Below, one piece after another: positions 1 through 8,407 of a stretch of DNA of 59,697 nucleotides. The stretch comes from a virus (taxonomy: Duplodnaviria; Caudoviricetes). The stretch spans positions 1 to 59,697 of IMG/VR virus record IMGVR_UViG_3300034414_000011, one strand, 5' to 3'. Under the pieces are notes generated by a model. That model did no database searches. It was not told the DNA's origin and saw only the letters and a list, made by a program, of their open reading frames with translations. Within the stretch, counting starts at the first letter, position 1. The number at the start of each line of letters is the position of its first letter. A program made the translations under genes and the position numbers.

Positions 1-127
1 ATGTATCTACGTTTCCAACCGAAGGGCAATGGTTGGTCAAACCTTTACCCATCTATCCCCCTCCCTCGGCCCTCCCTTTGCCGCGTTACTTCCTTCGGTG
101 CCAGCCAGGTGCCCCGGACCACCCCCA
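1..127. repeat. Terminal direct repeat, identical to 59571-59697; circular-assembly overlap
   Basis: The first 127 nt are identical to the last 127 nt; 127 is a common assembler k-mer size. Confidence 0.9.
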
Positions 128-274
128 TACCCCCGCTGAACACCCCACCCCCGCGAACGCGCGGGAGTCCCCTACTTCCCCATTAACTCCTCAATTTTCA
201 AACCCCCAGGGTCTTCCTAAAAACCGGAGTCCCAAAATTTCGGAGATCCCCGTTTTCCAAGTCTCGAAAAATCG

Positions 275-302
275 TTGACAGACGTTAACTCGCGTGGATA
301 AT
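275..302 (+). promoter_or_regulatory. Sigma70-like promoter for the lipoprotein gene
   Basis: TTGACA (275-280), 16-nt spacer containing GTTAAC, GATAAT (297-302). Confidence 0.6.
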
Positions 303-330
303 GTGGGGCATCAAGACTGCGGAGGTTCCT

Positions 331-822
331 ATGAAAAGGCTCTTTGTTTTAGTGTTTCTTCTCTCCCTGGTAGGTTGCACCGGCGATAAAGACAGGTTTA
401 CGGAGTTTGAGACCGAATACGCACCCACCATGCAGGACTTAACTGCACTGGTGAAGGCAACAGATCGTAACGTCAAGGATTATGAGGCAATCTCCCTGGT
501 CGAAAAGTGCAAGTCGGTCAGCGAGAAAACGTGCAAGAGTGCTCTCGTTTTACAGGAAAAGGCCAATGCCTTGAAGGACGAAGAGGCGAGGAAGGTTGCG
601 ACCACTATTGCGAATGACATTAATGATGCTGGTAAGTTTTCCGAGGAACTAGGGGCAATGTATTCGTACCGGTCACGGCCTGCAAATGAAGCGGTGTTGC
701 CTGGGCATAGCCGTTATGAACATATCTACGATGATATTCTGAAGGCCGGAGCCTTGAGAGACCTTGTGGACAAGATAGAAACCGAGCATGCTACCTTGAA
801 GGGCGTAATGTTCAGGAAGTAA
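331..822 (+). CDS. Lipoprotein, moron-like (possible superinfection exclusion)
   Basis: GGAGG RBS before ATG 331; MKRLFVLVFLLSLVG-C signal peptide with lipobox. Confidence 0.75.
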   Translation: MKRLFVLVFLLSLVGCTGDKDRFTEFETEYAPTMQDLTALVKATDRNVKDYEAISLVEKCKSVSEKTCKSALVLQEKANALKDEEARKVATTIANDINDAGKFSEELGAMYSYRSRPANEAVLPGHSRYEHIYDDILKAGALRDLVDKIETEHATLKGVMFRK

Positions 823-1075
823 AGTCGAACTGTCCATCGGGAAAAGTCCCATGCAACAAACTTGACACCACAATTCAACTAGGTTATAGTCCTCCCCGTC
901 ATGCGTGTTCTCCGCTCCATGGTCCGTAGTCCTCCTTTCCACAGACCCCCTTCGATTGCAGTCGTTGGGGGTCGCTCCTTTTATGCCCCCCCTGTTTCTT
1001 AAAAAGTACCTCCCCTAGAAATTTGCCCCTGCCTATTTTCCGTAGCCAAAAAAAGTATCGTTAGAAATATTTAAG

Positions 1076-1103
1076 TTGATTCTCTCTTTCAACTATGTAG
1101 AAT
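1076..1103 (+). promoter_or_regulatory. Sigma70-like promoter upstream of the DIP1984-like gene
   Basis: TTGATT, 16 nt, TAGAAT with AT-rich upstream region. Confidence 0.5.
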
Positions 1104-1138
1104 GGCGTCAACAACAAGGTTGAAGGTCGGAGGGACCA

Positions 1139-1648
1139 ATGAAGATTATCGAGGGAATGAAGAAGATCAAGGATCTCCAGCGGAAGGCAGAAGACTTGAG
1201 AGGGAAGATCGGCGCTCATAGTGCTGACCTGGACTTCGAGACTCCTCTGTACGAGAACCAGAAACTCCAGGTTGCCGAATGGCTCCAGGCGCACAGTGAC
1301 ATCATGAAAGAGATCCTGCGTCTCCGCATCGCCATCCAGAAGACGAATCTCCTCACCGATGTGACGATCACCATTTGCGACAAGCCGGTGACGAAGAGCA
1401 TTGCCGAGTGGATTCATCGCCGGAGAGACCTGGCGCAGTCTGATTATTCTGCCTGGGCGAAGCTGACTGACCGGGGCTTGAAGGAAGGCACCATCACTCA
1501 GTCAACCGGCCAGCTCAAGGAAGTGAAGATCCGCCGCTATTACGACCCGCTTGCCAGGGACCAGAAGCTCGACGAGTACCGGAGTGAACCTCACCTTATC
1601 GACGCGACTCTGGAGGTTGTTAACGCTGTGACAGACCTTATCGAGTAG
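1139..1648 (+). CDS. DIP1984/DUF6847-like alpha-helical protein
   Basis: GGAGG RBS; MKIIEG..., IQKTN..T, SIAEWI.RR and terminal ID..LEVVNAVTDLIE resemble the DIP1984 family pattern (recognition by eye). Confidence 0.6.
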   Translation: MKIIEGMKKIKDLQRKAEDLRGKIGAHSADLDFETPLYENQKLQVAEWLQAHSDIMKEILRLRIAIQKTNLLTDVTITICDKPVTKSIAEWIHRRRDLAQSDYSAWAKLTDRGLKEGTITQSTGQLKEVKIRRYYDPLARDQKLDEYRSEPHLIDATLEVVNAVTDLIE

Positions 1649-1680
1649 AACTTGCAAGGGACTACTTGTTAAGGCTGGAC

Positions 1681-2021
1681 GAATAGCCGACGCGCAGAGA
1701 TACAAAACCGGACGAAAAAGGGCGCTATCGCAAGCGTTATTGCGAACTCAGACTAGAGAAGCTCATGGCGAGCAACTGACTCTTAATCAGTGTGTACGGT
1801 TCGATTCCGTCTCATTCCAAATAGACTCCACACCGCGAGTCTGTTTCAAGGGCGCAAGGCTCAAGAGATCAAGGCATCAAGTCTCAATCTGAGTAAGGAA
1901 GCAAGTAGGCAAGGCCAAAGGGTGCAACGCGGACGTTAGTGCCGCGAATGACCTGGGACAAGTTTATGTTTCCCTTTTTATAACCGGAACTTTCCGGGCT
2001 TCCTGTTCGGGCGGCTAATTC
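1681..2021 (+). ncRNA. Candidate ~340-nt structured ncRNA with embedded tRNA-like domain and CAAG repeat array
   Basis: Nested pairings 1681-1689/2012-2021, AAAAAGGG 1715-1722/CCCTTTTT 1972-1979, ACTCAGA 1746-1752/TCTGAGT 1888-1894; local hairpins 1728-1745, 1819-1846, 1928-1946, 1984-1997; no convincing ORF. Confidence 0.7.
1752..1819 (+). pseudogene. Degenerate tRNA-Lys(CTT)-like element
   Basis: D arm GCTC/GAGC, anticodon arm ACTGA-CTCTTAA-TCAGT, T loop TTCGATT, ends in CCA; acceptor stem reduced to about 3 bp. Confidence 0.7.
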
Positions 2022-2043
2022 TATCAAGGTGTTAACGTGACAG

Positions 2044-2577
2044 ATGATAGGTGAGAAATTCGGGAAATGGACGGTCGTAGCGAGAGAGCCGAACCGCAAA
2101 TATGGGCAGGGCTCTCACCACAGCGCATGGCGGGTACGGTGCGAATGTGGTGAGGAAGAAATATTGCTCGGTCAGTCGCTACGCTCCGGGAGGTCTTTTG
2201 CCTGCCGGTTGTGCAGGCGGGCAGGGAACGGACAAAAGCCGTTTGGTTCTGACCGCAAGGCGTGGGAAGAACTCGGCAGAGTCAGGGATTCAAAAGGTCT
2301 CGCAAGAGGCGATATAAAGTCGAGATCGGTGAAATGGCTCATGGAGAGCCAAGACCGGAAAGGCTTGCTGGTACAGATAAAGGCCATGGCCGGGGAATAC
2401 CGGGAACACATGAGGGAGAAATGCCCACCCGATGACTACCCGCCCTGCATGGGCTGTTCTGATCTGACAGTGGCTTTTTGTGACGACTCCGGCCTGGAGT
2501 GCCGGGAATTTCATTCGTATTGCTGTAACTACAAAAAGGAGGGACGAGAGGATGTTTGTAACGAAGAAACGGCATGA
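2044..2577 (+). CDS. Hypothetical protein with an N-terminal Cys motif typical of HNH/AP2 homing-endonuclease N-termini
   Basis: GEKFGKWTV...WRVRCECG...LRSG.S..C motif; Cys-rich C-terminus; no HNH core seen. Confidence 0.55.
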   Translation: MIGEKFGKWTVVAREPNRKYGQGSHHSAWRVRCECGEEEILLGQSLRSGRSFACRLCRRAGNGQKPFGSDRKAWEELGRVRDSKGLARGDIKSRSVKWLMESQDRKGLLVQIKAMAGEYREHMREKCPPDDYPPCMGCSDLTVAFCDDSGLECREFHSYCCNYKKEGREDVCNEETA

Positions 2578-3016
2578 CGCCATAGTGAGCAACTTGTGGG
2601 AAGAAATTTTTTGTCTGCAAAAAAGCATCGAAAAGCTCAAGGGCAGTCGGGTTGAAATCGTGACCTGTACTGACTGCGGCTGTATGGTCGAAAAGACGAA
2701 AGCCAGAGAGCTTGAGCCTACTATCATGAAACATGGGCTGAGACCCGCATATCTACCGAGCTTTATAGAGCACAAAGAATACACCGTCATTCCGCACTTT
2801 ATCTGTTGGGGTTGCGACAAGGCCAGGAAAGAAGCGGTAGAGGTGAAAGGGTTGGCGGAAGACCTGCTCGAAGCCGCTGACGCACTGTTCGATTCCCTCG
2901 ACAAAGAAGGTTGCAAAACCCTTTGCGATGATCCGTGTAACCCTGCTTGCGATGCCTGCCAGGCACCAAGGCCGACTGAGGCAGGTGTAACCGGTAAACC
3001 GAATGTCCCAGGTTAA
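2552..3016 (+). CDS. Hypothetical Cys-rich protein
   Basis: Purine-rich RBS before ATG 2552; several CxxC pairs. Confidence 0.55.
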   Translation: MFVTKKRHDAIVSNLWEEIFCLQKSIEKLKGSRVEIVTCTDCGCMVEKTKARELEPTIMKHGLRPAYLPSFIEHKEYTVIPHFICWGCDKARKEAVEVKGLAEDLLEAADALFDSLDKEGCKTLCDDPCNPACDACQAPRPTEAGVTGKPNVPG

Positions 3017-3120
3017 CTCAGAAAACAACAAGAAGAGGGAGACTGAGTGCCCTCGATGCGGGGCACCCTTAACCGGGTGCCTTTGTCGTAACTGCGGGTT
3101 CAGCGGTTGCGGAGGTCTTT

Positions 3121-3405
3121 ATGAGTAAGGCAATGGCCGAACGCAGGATAGGTAGAGTCCTGGTCGAAAACGAATTTCTTATCGAAGTTGCCGGGTTGAG
3201 TTTTGCGCCGGGCGTTGAGCTGGTGAGAATACTCCCCGCTTACGACCGGGTAGAGTTCGGAAGTTGCCACTGGATCTTTCTGGCGCAAGATTCCCTGGAA
3301 CCGGTACCCAAAGGGGCTATCGTGCCCGAATACAAGTTCGAGATTGTTACTCCAGAAGAAGGCTCCGACGAGAAGCCGAAAGCATATCTGGTACCGGTGG
3401 AGTGA
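3121..3405 (+). CDS. Hypothetical protein
   Basis: GGAGG RBS; ORF in operon context. Confidence 0.6.
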   Translation: MSKAMAERRIGRVLVENEFLIEVAGLSFAPGVELVRILPAYDRVEFGSCHWIFLAQDSLEPVPKGAIVPEYKFEIVTPEEGSDEKPKAYLVPVE

Positions 3406-3477
3406 CCGCAAGAGAAGAGTGGATACAGGAAAGAGCCTGCATTATGTGGGAAGGCAATAACAAGGAGATTTCGTTCG

Positions 3478-3843
3478 ATGAGTGTATTCGGTCAGCTACA
3501 AGACTTTATTCCAAGCAATCAGGTTAGCCAGGACGCCGCAAGAAATCTGTTCGACCTTACCATCCATGTCAGGAAGCGGCTGGAAGAGCGGCTACCGGCC
3601 ATGAACCTGAGACTGATCGACCTGGATCTTATCGCTATGGACAAGATCGTTCTTGCCCCTAGAGCAGAGTCAGCTTTCGCCTTGCATGGTCTCGCGGTAA
3701 GACCGGAGAGCCAGCAGGCAAAGAAGTTCAGTATCCGTCTCGACCTTGACCCGAATGGTGAGTTCGACCGGGACGAACTGGAGCCGTTGGTGAACGAGAT
3801 CGTCAAGTCTCTCGAAAAGGCTTTTTACCCGAAGGTGTGCTGA
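3478..3843 (+). CDS. Hypothetical protein
   Basis: ORF abuts the next gene (TGATG coupling). Confidence 0.5.
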   Translation: MSVFGQLQDFIPSNQVSQDAARNLFDLTIHVRKRLEERLPAMNLRLIDLDLIAMDKIVLAPRAESAFALHGLAVRPESQQAKKFSIRLDLDPNGEFDRDELEPLVNEIVKSLEKAFYPKVC

Positions 3844-4154
3844 TGGCAGAGTTCAAGATTCCAAAGCGGTTCAAGTTACTCGGCCATACTATCGAAGTTT
3901 CTGAAGACCCTAGCCGCTATTATGCTTCCGGTTCTTATGGGACGTGCTCTTACGAAGAGAAATGGATAAAGCTGGTACCGCCGTCTGAACATCATCCCGT
4001 TACCCAAGGGAGTATCGAGCACACGTTTCTACATGAATTGACCCATATGATGCTTTACCATACGGAACAGCACGAATTGAAGAATAACGAGGCTTTCGTT
4101 GACTTATTTGCGGGCTTGCTTCATCAGGCGCTAACCACGATGGAGTTTGAATGA
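3843..4154 (+). CDS. Zincin-like metallopeptidase (ImmA/IrrE-like)
   Basis: TFLHELTH HExxH motif with downstream NEAFVD glutamate. Confidence 0.7.
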   Translation: MAEFKIPKRFKLLGHTIEVSEDPSRYYASGSYGTCSYEEKWIKLVPPSEHHPVTQGSIEHTFLHELTHMMLYHTEQHELKNNEAFVDLFAGLLHQALTTMEFE

Positions 4155-4555
4155 AGTTAACTTTGCCATTGAGCGTGACGTTGCCGCGCAAGACCAAGGC
4201 CGACCGGGTTTTTATCTGCAACCTCAACGTCTATCGCAACTCGCATCACATGACCCTTAACCCGGCCAAGGTGGCATACAAGGAGCAGGTTGCTTTTGCC
4301 TATGCGCTTGCCGGTGCCAGAAAGTTACCAGAGCCACCATACCGCTTCACCTATACCGTGTTTCCTTCCACCAGGAGGGCTTTCGACCTGGGGAACGTAT
4401 GCTCGATCATCCAGAAGTTTACCGACGACGCCTTGATCGACCTGGGCGTGTTAACGGACGACAACTTTAAGATCGTGCGGGAAGTCAACTACCGCTTCGG
4501 CGATGTGGACAAAGTTAACCCCAGGTGTGAACTGGAGATCGAGGGGCTGTCATGA
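4151..4555 (+). CDS. RusA-like Holliday junction resolvase
   Basis: DLGN...KFTDDAL...GVLTDDN acidic motif; C-terminal NPRCELEI. Confidence 0.75.
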   Translation: MKLTLPLSVTLPRKTKADRVFICNLNVYRNSHHMTLNPAKVAYKEQVAFAYALAGARKLPEPPYRFTYTVFPSTRRAFDLGNVCSIIQKFTDDALIDLGVLTDDNFKIVREVNYRFGDVDKVNPRCELEIEGLS

Positions 4556-4799
4556 ACACAGACACCACGGAAAACAACGACCCTTGCGCCATGTATTCGA
4601 GATGCCCGGTAGAGGGTAGGATCTGCGCCGGTTGCATGAACAGGCAAGAGCCAGCAGACGGCCCACCTTATGAGATAACCGGGGATTGAATGATGAAGAT
4701 CAGAGAGCTACTGGCGATTCCATTTTGCATGACGTTCATAGCCCTGGTGGTTGTGGCTGTAATCGTCGGCTGTATCGCTGAATTTATCGGAGGTGATAA

Positions 4800-4943
4800 A
4801 TGACGAAACTATTTGACAAGTTCCTGTGCTTTGTTTTCGGCCATACCTGGGTTGCCCGTCTCGACCTTGACCCAAGAGTTAACGTGATGGTGGCATATCA
4901 TAGGTGCTCCAGGTGTGGAGCCTCTACAACGAGGAGTTTATGA
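4800..4943 (+). CDS. Small Zn-ribbon protein (DUF1660-like)
   Basis: GGAGG RBS; MTKLFDKFLCFVFGH.W...C.RCG read from the sequence. Confidence 0.45.
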   Translation: MTKLFDKFLCFVFGHTWVARLDLDPRVNVMVAYHRCSRCGASTTRSL

Positions 4944-5248
4944 ACCACGAAGAAAAGATGGAGGCATTACGCGGCATATTCGATCATTGCCTAGAGGTGG
5001 CCGACGCCAAGGGGCATGATTATTCCGGCACCGAAGACGCGATGAGCAACTTTCATGATTTCGGTTGGCAGGGGATTATCGTCAGGATCGGTGACAAATA
5101 CCACCGGGTCAAGAACTTCTGCAAAAAAGCTGTGCTCAAGGTCAAGGATGAAAGTGTAGAGGACACCCTATACGACCTTATCACCTACGCGGCTCTCGCT
5201 CTTATCATGTATTGGGGGGAAAAGCGCAATGCTTCTGGTAAAGCCTAG
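4940..5248 (+). CDS. DUF1599 / nucleotide-modification-associated domain 1 protein
   Basis: KGHDYSG...NF, RIGDK..R, DESVEDTL.DL..YA motifs. Confidence 0.7.
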   Translation: MNHEEKMEALRGIFDHCLEVADAKGHDYSGTEDAMSNFHDFGWQGIIVRIGDKYHRVKNFCKKAVLKVKDESVEDTLYDLITYAALALIMYWGEKRNASGKA

Positions 5249-5888
5249 TTTCAAGATCATCGACGAGATCGACGGTGTCAAGATCCTGCGTTCCATCGAG
5301 CAGGCCGGGCGAACCTGCTACAAGTCCGAGGACAAGATCAGTGAAGGTAGCGCCGGGAAGTTTGTCGCAATGATAATCAAGCGCGGCCATGAATCGGTGC
5401 TGGAGCATGAGAAGGTTTCGGTGCGGATCGTCTGTGACCGTGGCGTGTCCCATGAGCTTGTGCGACACAGGATAGCGAGTTTTAGCCAGGAGAGCACCCG
5501 GTACTGCAACTACGAGGGTGGAGTGGCTTTCGTGATCCCACCGTGGACAAGCATCTCACCTGGGAATTATGAGAAAGGCAGTCACACCCTTTTGGTGCAA
5601 TTTGCCTGTCCCGCTGATGCGGAGTGGTTCTGGATGATGGAGGAAGTTGAAAACTCATACCAGACACTTCTTGATAACGGATGGACCCCGGAAAAGGCCC
5701 GCTCGGTACTGCCGAACAGCCTCAAGACGGAAATCGTCATGACCGCGAATCTACGCGAGTGGCGACACTTCTTTAAGCTCCGGGCGTCAACTGCGGCACA
5801 CCCACAGATGCAGGAGATCGCCTACCCACTCTTGAAAGAAATGTCCCGGCTGATACCGGTCGTTTTTGATGACATCGTGGTTGTGTGA
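5229..5888 (+). CDS. thyX: FAD-dependent thymidylate synthase
   Basis: GHESVLEH, RHRIASFSQESTR ThyX signature, ARSVLPN, NLREWRHF..LR. Confidence 0.95.
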   Translation: MLLVKPSFKIIDEIDGVKILRSIEQAGRTCYKSEDKISEGSAGKFVAMIIKRGHESVLEHEKVSVRIVCDRGVSHELVRHRIASFSQESTRYCNYEGGVAFVIPPWTSISPGNYEKGSHTLLVQFACPADAEWFWMMEEVENSYQTLLDNGWTPEKARSVLPNSLKTEIVMTANLREWRHFFKLRASTAAHPQMQEIAYPLLKEMSRLIPVVFDDIVVV

Positions 5889-6499
5889 TGACCAAGAAGA
5901 AGACCGAAAAGATTAAGCCTCCCGAAGCGCCATGGGCTCCAGGCCAAAGAGCCGGTGCGGTTACTCAAGCTCCGATTCCGGTCAAGGAAGCGAAGCTCTT
6001 GAAGGCTCTTATCGTTGACGGCAAGAGACCGAAAGAGGCTGTTGTCGAAGCCGGGTACACTGGTGCCAACCTCCAGCGGGGCACCAACGCCAAGGATCTT
6101 TGCGAGTTCGTCAAGAGCAAGCACCCGAATATCAATGTGGCGCTACTGGAGAGCCTTGAGGCGGCAGGAGTGACCCCGGATTATATCGTCAGCAAAGTCA
6201 AGGGTCTCTGCGAAGCGAAGAAGCAACTCCCGGTCAGGAAGATAAAAACCAAGTCCGAGGGTATCGAGGTCGAGGAAATAGAATACGCCGACTTCGATGA
6301 CCATCACGCGCAACACAAGGGCGTTAACACGCTTCTTGACATCCTGCCAGGGGCAAGGGCTCCGAAGAGGGTTGAAGTCACTCAGCAGACGTTTGAGCAG
6401 AAGGTTTCCATCCATGCCGAGATCCAGCAAAACCCGGCAGAAGCAATGAAGCTCATTCAAAGCCTTATCGAGCAGAAGAAGATTACCGAGGTTTCGTAG
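5885..6499 (+). CDS. Probable terminase small subunit
   Basis: HTH-like KEAVVEAGY segment; position upstream of the large terminase. Confidence 0.55.
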   Translation: MMTKKKTEKIKPPEAPWAPGQRAGAVTQAPIPVKEAKLLKALIVDGKRPKEAVVEAGYTGANLQRGTNAKDLCEFVKSKHPNINVALLESLEAAGVTPDYIVSKVKGLCEAKKQLPVRKIKTKSEGIEVEEIEYADFDDHHAQHKGVNTLLDILPGARAPKRVEVTQQTFEQKVSIHAEIQQNPAEAMKLIQSLIEQKKITEVS

Positions 6500-6507
6500 A
6501 AGTTTGT

Positions 6508-6583
6508 GCCGGATTAGTTCAGTTGGGAGAACAACTGCCTTGTAAGCAGTCTGTCGCGGGTTCAAGCCCTGCATCCGGCTCCA
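6508..6583 (+). tRNA. tRNA-Thr(TGT)
   Basis: Full 76-nt cloverleaf GCCGGAT...ATCCGGC-T-CCA; anticodon loop CTTGTAA; T loop TTCAAGC. Confidence 0.93.
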
Positions 6584-6631
6584 AAGTTAACATGACCGTC
6601 GAGAGACAGGGCCGAAGTTAACACCGTCGAG

Positions 6632-8407
6632 ATGACGGTACGGAGAAATATGTCAGAACTGTACGATCAGCTTGAAGGGAAATCCGAGGAAGAGTTGCTT
6701 GATCTTCTGGCGCACCTGCGCTTGACCGAGGATTTCCCGTATTTCTCGGAACGGATACTCAAGGTCCAGACAATGAAGGGCACCATTGTTCCCTTCGCCC
6801 TCAACGCCCCTCAAGTCCTGCTACACCGTATCATCGAAGAACTTATCAAGCCGCATCGCCTGGTCAGACTCGTCATCCTCAAGGCCCGGCGTTTCGGCTT
6901 CTCCACCTACTTCTCCGGTCGTTTCTACCAGAGAACGTCCCGCGTCAAGAACAGGTACGCGGTCCAGGTCACGCATGAGCCGGAAGCGACCGACACTCTG
7001 TTCAAGATGATAAAGCGTTTCTATAACTTCTCTCCCAAGGATGAACGCCCGGAGACGGTCTACAACAACACCCGTCTTCTGGAGTTCAACACCAAGGAGG
7101 GCATGGGTCTTAACAGTGCGATCCGGGTTGCAACAGCAGGTAAAGAGGACTTCGGTTCCGGCCAAACCATCCACTACGCTCACCTTTCCGAGACCGCCAA
7201 GTGGGATGAAGGAAACATCGAGAGCCTGTTAACTTCGATCCTCCAGTGCGTTCCTGATGAGCCCGATACTGCGGTTGTCCATGAGTCAACCGCAAAGGGT
7301 ATCGGCGGCGAGTATTACGACCGCTTTTGGGGTGCCAGGTTTCGCATCTGGATCAGCAAGCTGGACGAAGACGGGCAACCGGTTATCACAACCGAGATCA
7401 ACGCCAACGCTCCGGCAGACAATATCTATACCTCGATCTTTTTCCCCTGGTTCGTTTTCCCTGACTACTCCATGCCGGTACCGCATGACTTCGAGTTAAC
7501 GCCGGACGAGGAAAAGATCAAGGAGAAATACGGTCTCAGTGACGAGCAGATGGCATGGCGGCGCTGGATCATTGCCAACAAATGTAACGGCAAAGAGGAC
7601 ACCTTCAATCAGGAGTACCCGGCTTGCCCGGAGCATGCCTTCCTTGGCTCCGGTCGTCCGGTCTTCGATAATGCCAAGCTCCTTGCTTTGAAAGACACAC
7701 TCCCTGATCCAGTGGCGAGGTACGAGTGCCTTATCTCAAGCTATCAGTGGCTCGCCAATGAAAATGGCCGGCTGGTGGTCTACGAAGAGCCAAAGCCTAC
7801 CGGCGCTTACATTATCTCCGCCGACGTTGCCGAAGGTCTCAAGGATGGTGACTTTTCCTCCGCCGATGTCATTGACCATCGTACCGGGAAACAGGTCGCG
7901 CAATGGCATGGCAAGATCGACCCTGACGCTTTTGCGCTGGTCCTGATAGCCCTTGGCAAGCGGTACAACTACGCATGGATCGCGCCGGAGAGAAACAACC
8001 ACGGTCTCATGGTCGTAACGGTCCTGGTCAACGAGAACTATCCACAGGTCTATTCGGAGATGGTGCCGGAGCCCCCAGGCAAACCGCGCAAGAGATTCGG
8101 GTGGGTAACGTCGAACGCCACCAGACCGCTTATCATCGACAACCTGATTAAAGAGGTCCGGGAAGACTCGCATGGTATCAGTTGTGCCCAAACCATCGAA
8201 GAAATGATGAGCTTCAAGGTACAGGACAACGGCAGGATGGAGGCAGACGCCAACCGGAACGATGACCGGGTAATGAGTTTCGCCATAGGCAAGCATTTGC
8301 GGCAGACCTTGCCCTTGCCGTCAGCCTGGAGAACAAACCAGATGGCGAACAAGATCCGGGGCAGAAAGGGAAAGACGAAGATGCCGAGCCCGAAGGGGTG
8401 GACATAA
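6632..8407 (+). CDS. terL: Terminase large subunit (alternative start 6650)
   Basis: LKARRFGFST Walker A, HLSE Walker B, ESTAKG coupling motif, ADVAEG...DFS and DDRVMS nuclease acidic residues. Confidence 0.93.
   Translation: MTVRRNMSELYDQLEGKSEEELLDLLAHLRLTEDFPYFSERILKVQTMKGTIVPFALNAPQVLLHRIIEELIKPHRLVRLVILKARRFGFSTYFSGRFYQRTSRVKNRYAVQVTHEPEATDTLFKMIKRFYNFSPKDERPETVYNNTRLLEFNTKEGMGLNSAIRVATAGKEDFGSGQTIHYAHLSETAKWDEGNIESLLTSILQCVPDEPDTAVVHESTAKGIGGEYYDRFWGARFRIWISKLDEDGQPVITTEINANAPADNIYTSIFFPWFVFPDYSMPVPHDFELTPDEEKIKEKYGLSDEQMAWRRWIIANKCNGKEDTFNQEYPACPEHAFLGSGRPVFDNAKLLALKDTLPDPVARYECLISSYQWLANENGRLVVYEEPKPTGAYIISADVAEGLKDGDFSSADVIDHRTGKQVAQWHGKIDPDAFALVLIALGKRYNYAWIAPERNNHGLMVVTVLVNENYPQVYSEMVPEPPGKPRKRFGWVTSNATRPLIIDNLIKEVREDSHGISCAQTIEEMMSFKVQDNGRMEADANRNDDRVMSFAIGKHLRQTLPLPSAWRTNQMANKIRGRKGKTKMPSPKGWT

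Noticed and set aside
1-278. Pro-rich ORFs 1-186 and 33-278
   Set aside because: Products of C-run composition; no RBS or protein-like features
1847-1928. CAAG array as a CRISPR or mini-CRISPR array
   Set aside because: Repeats (4 nt) and spacers (3-5 nt) are far too short, and no cas genes are present
3045-3082. Overlapping GTGCCC/GGGCAC hairpins
   Set aside because: Single short GC-rich element with no second copy or clear U-tract; insufficient support for a function
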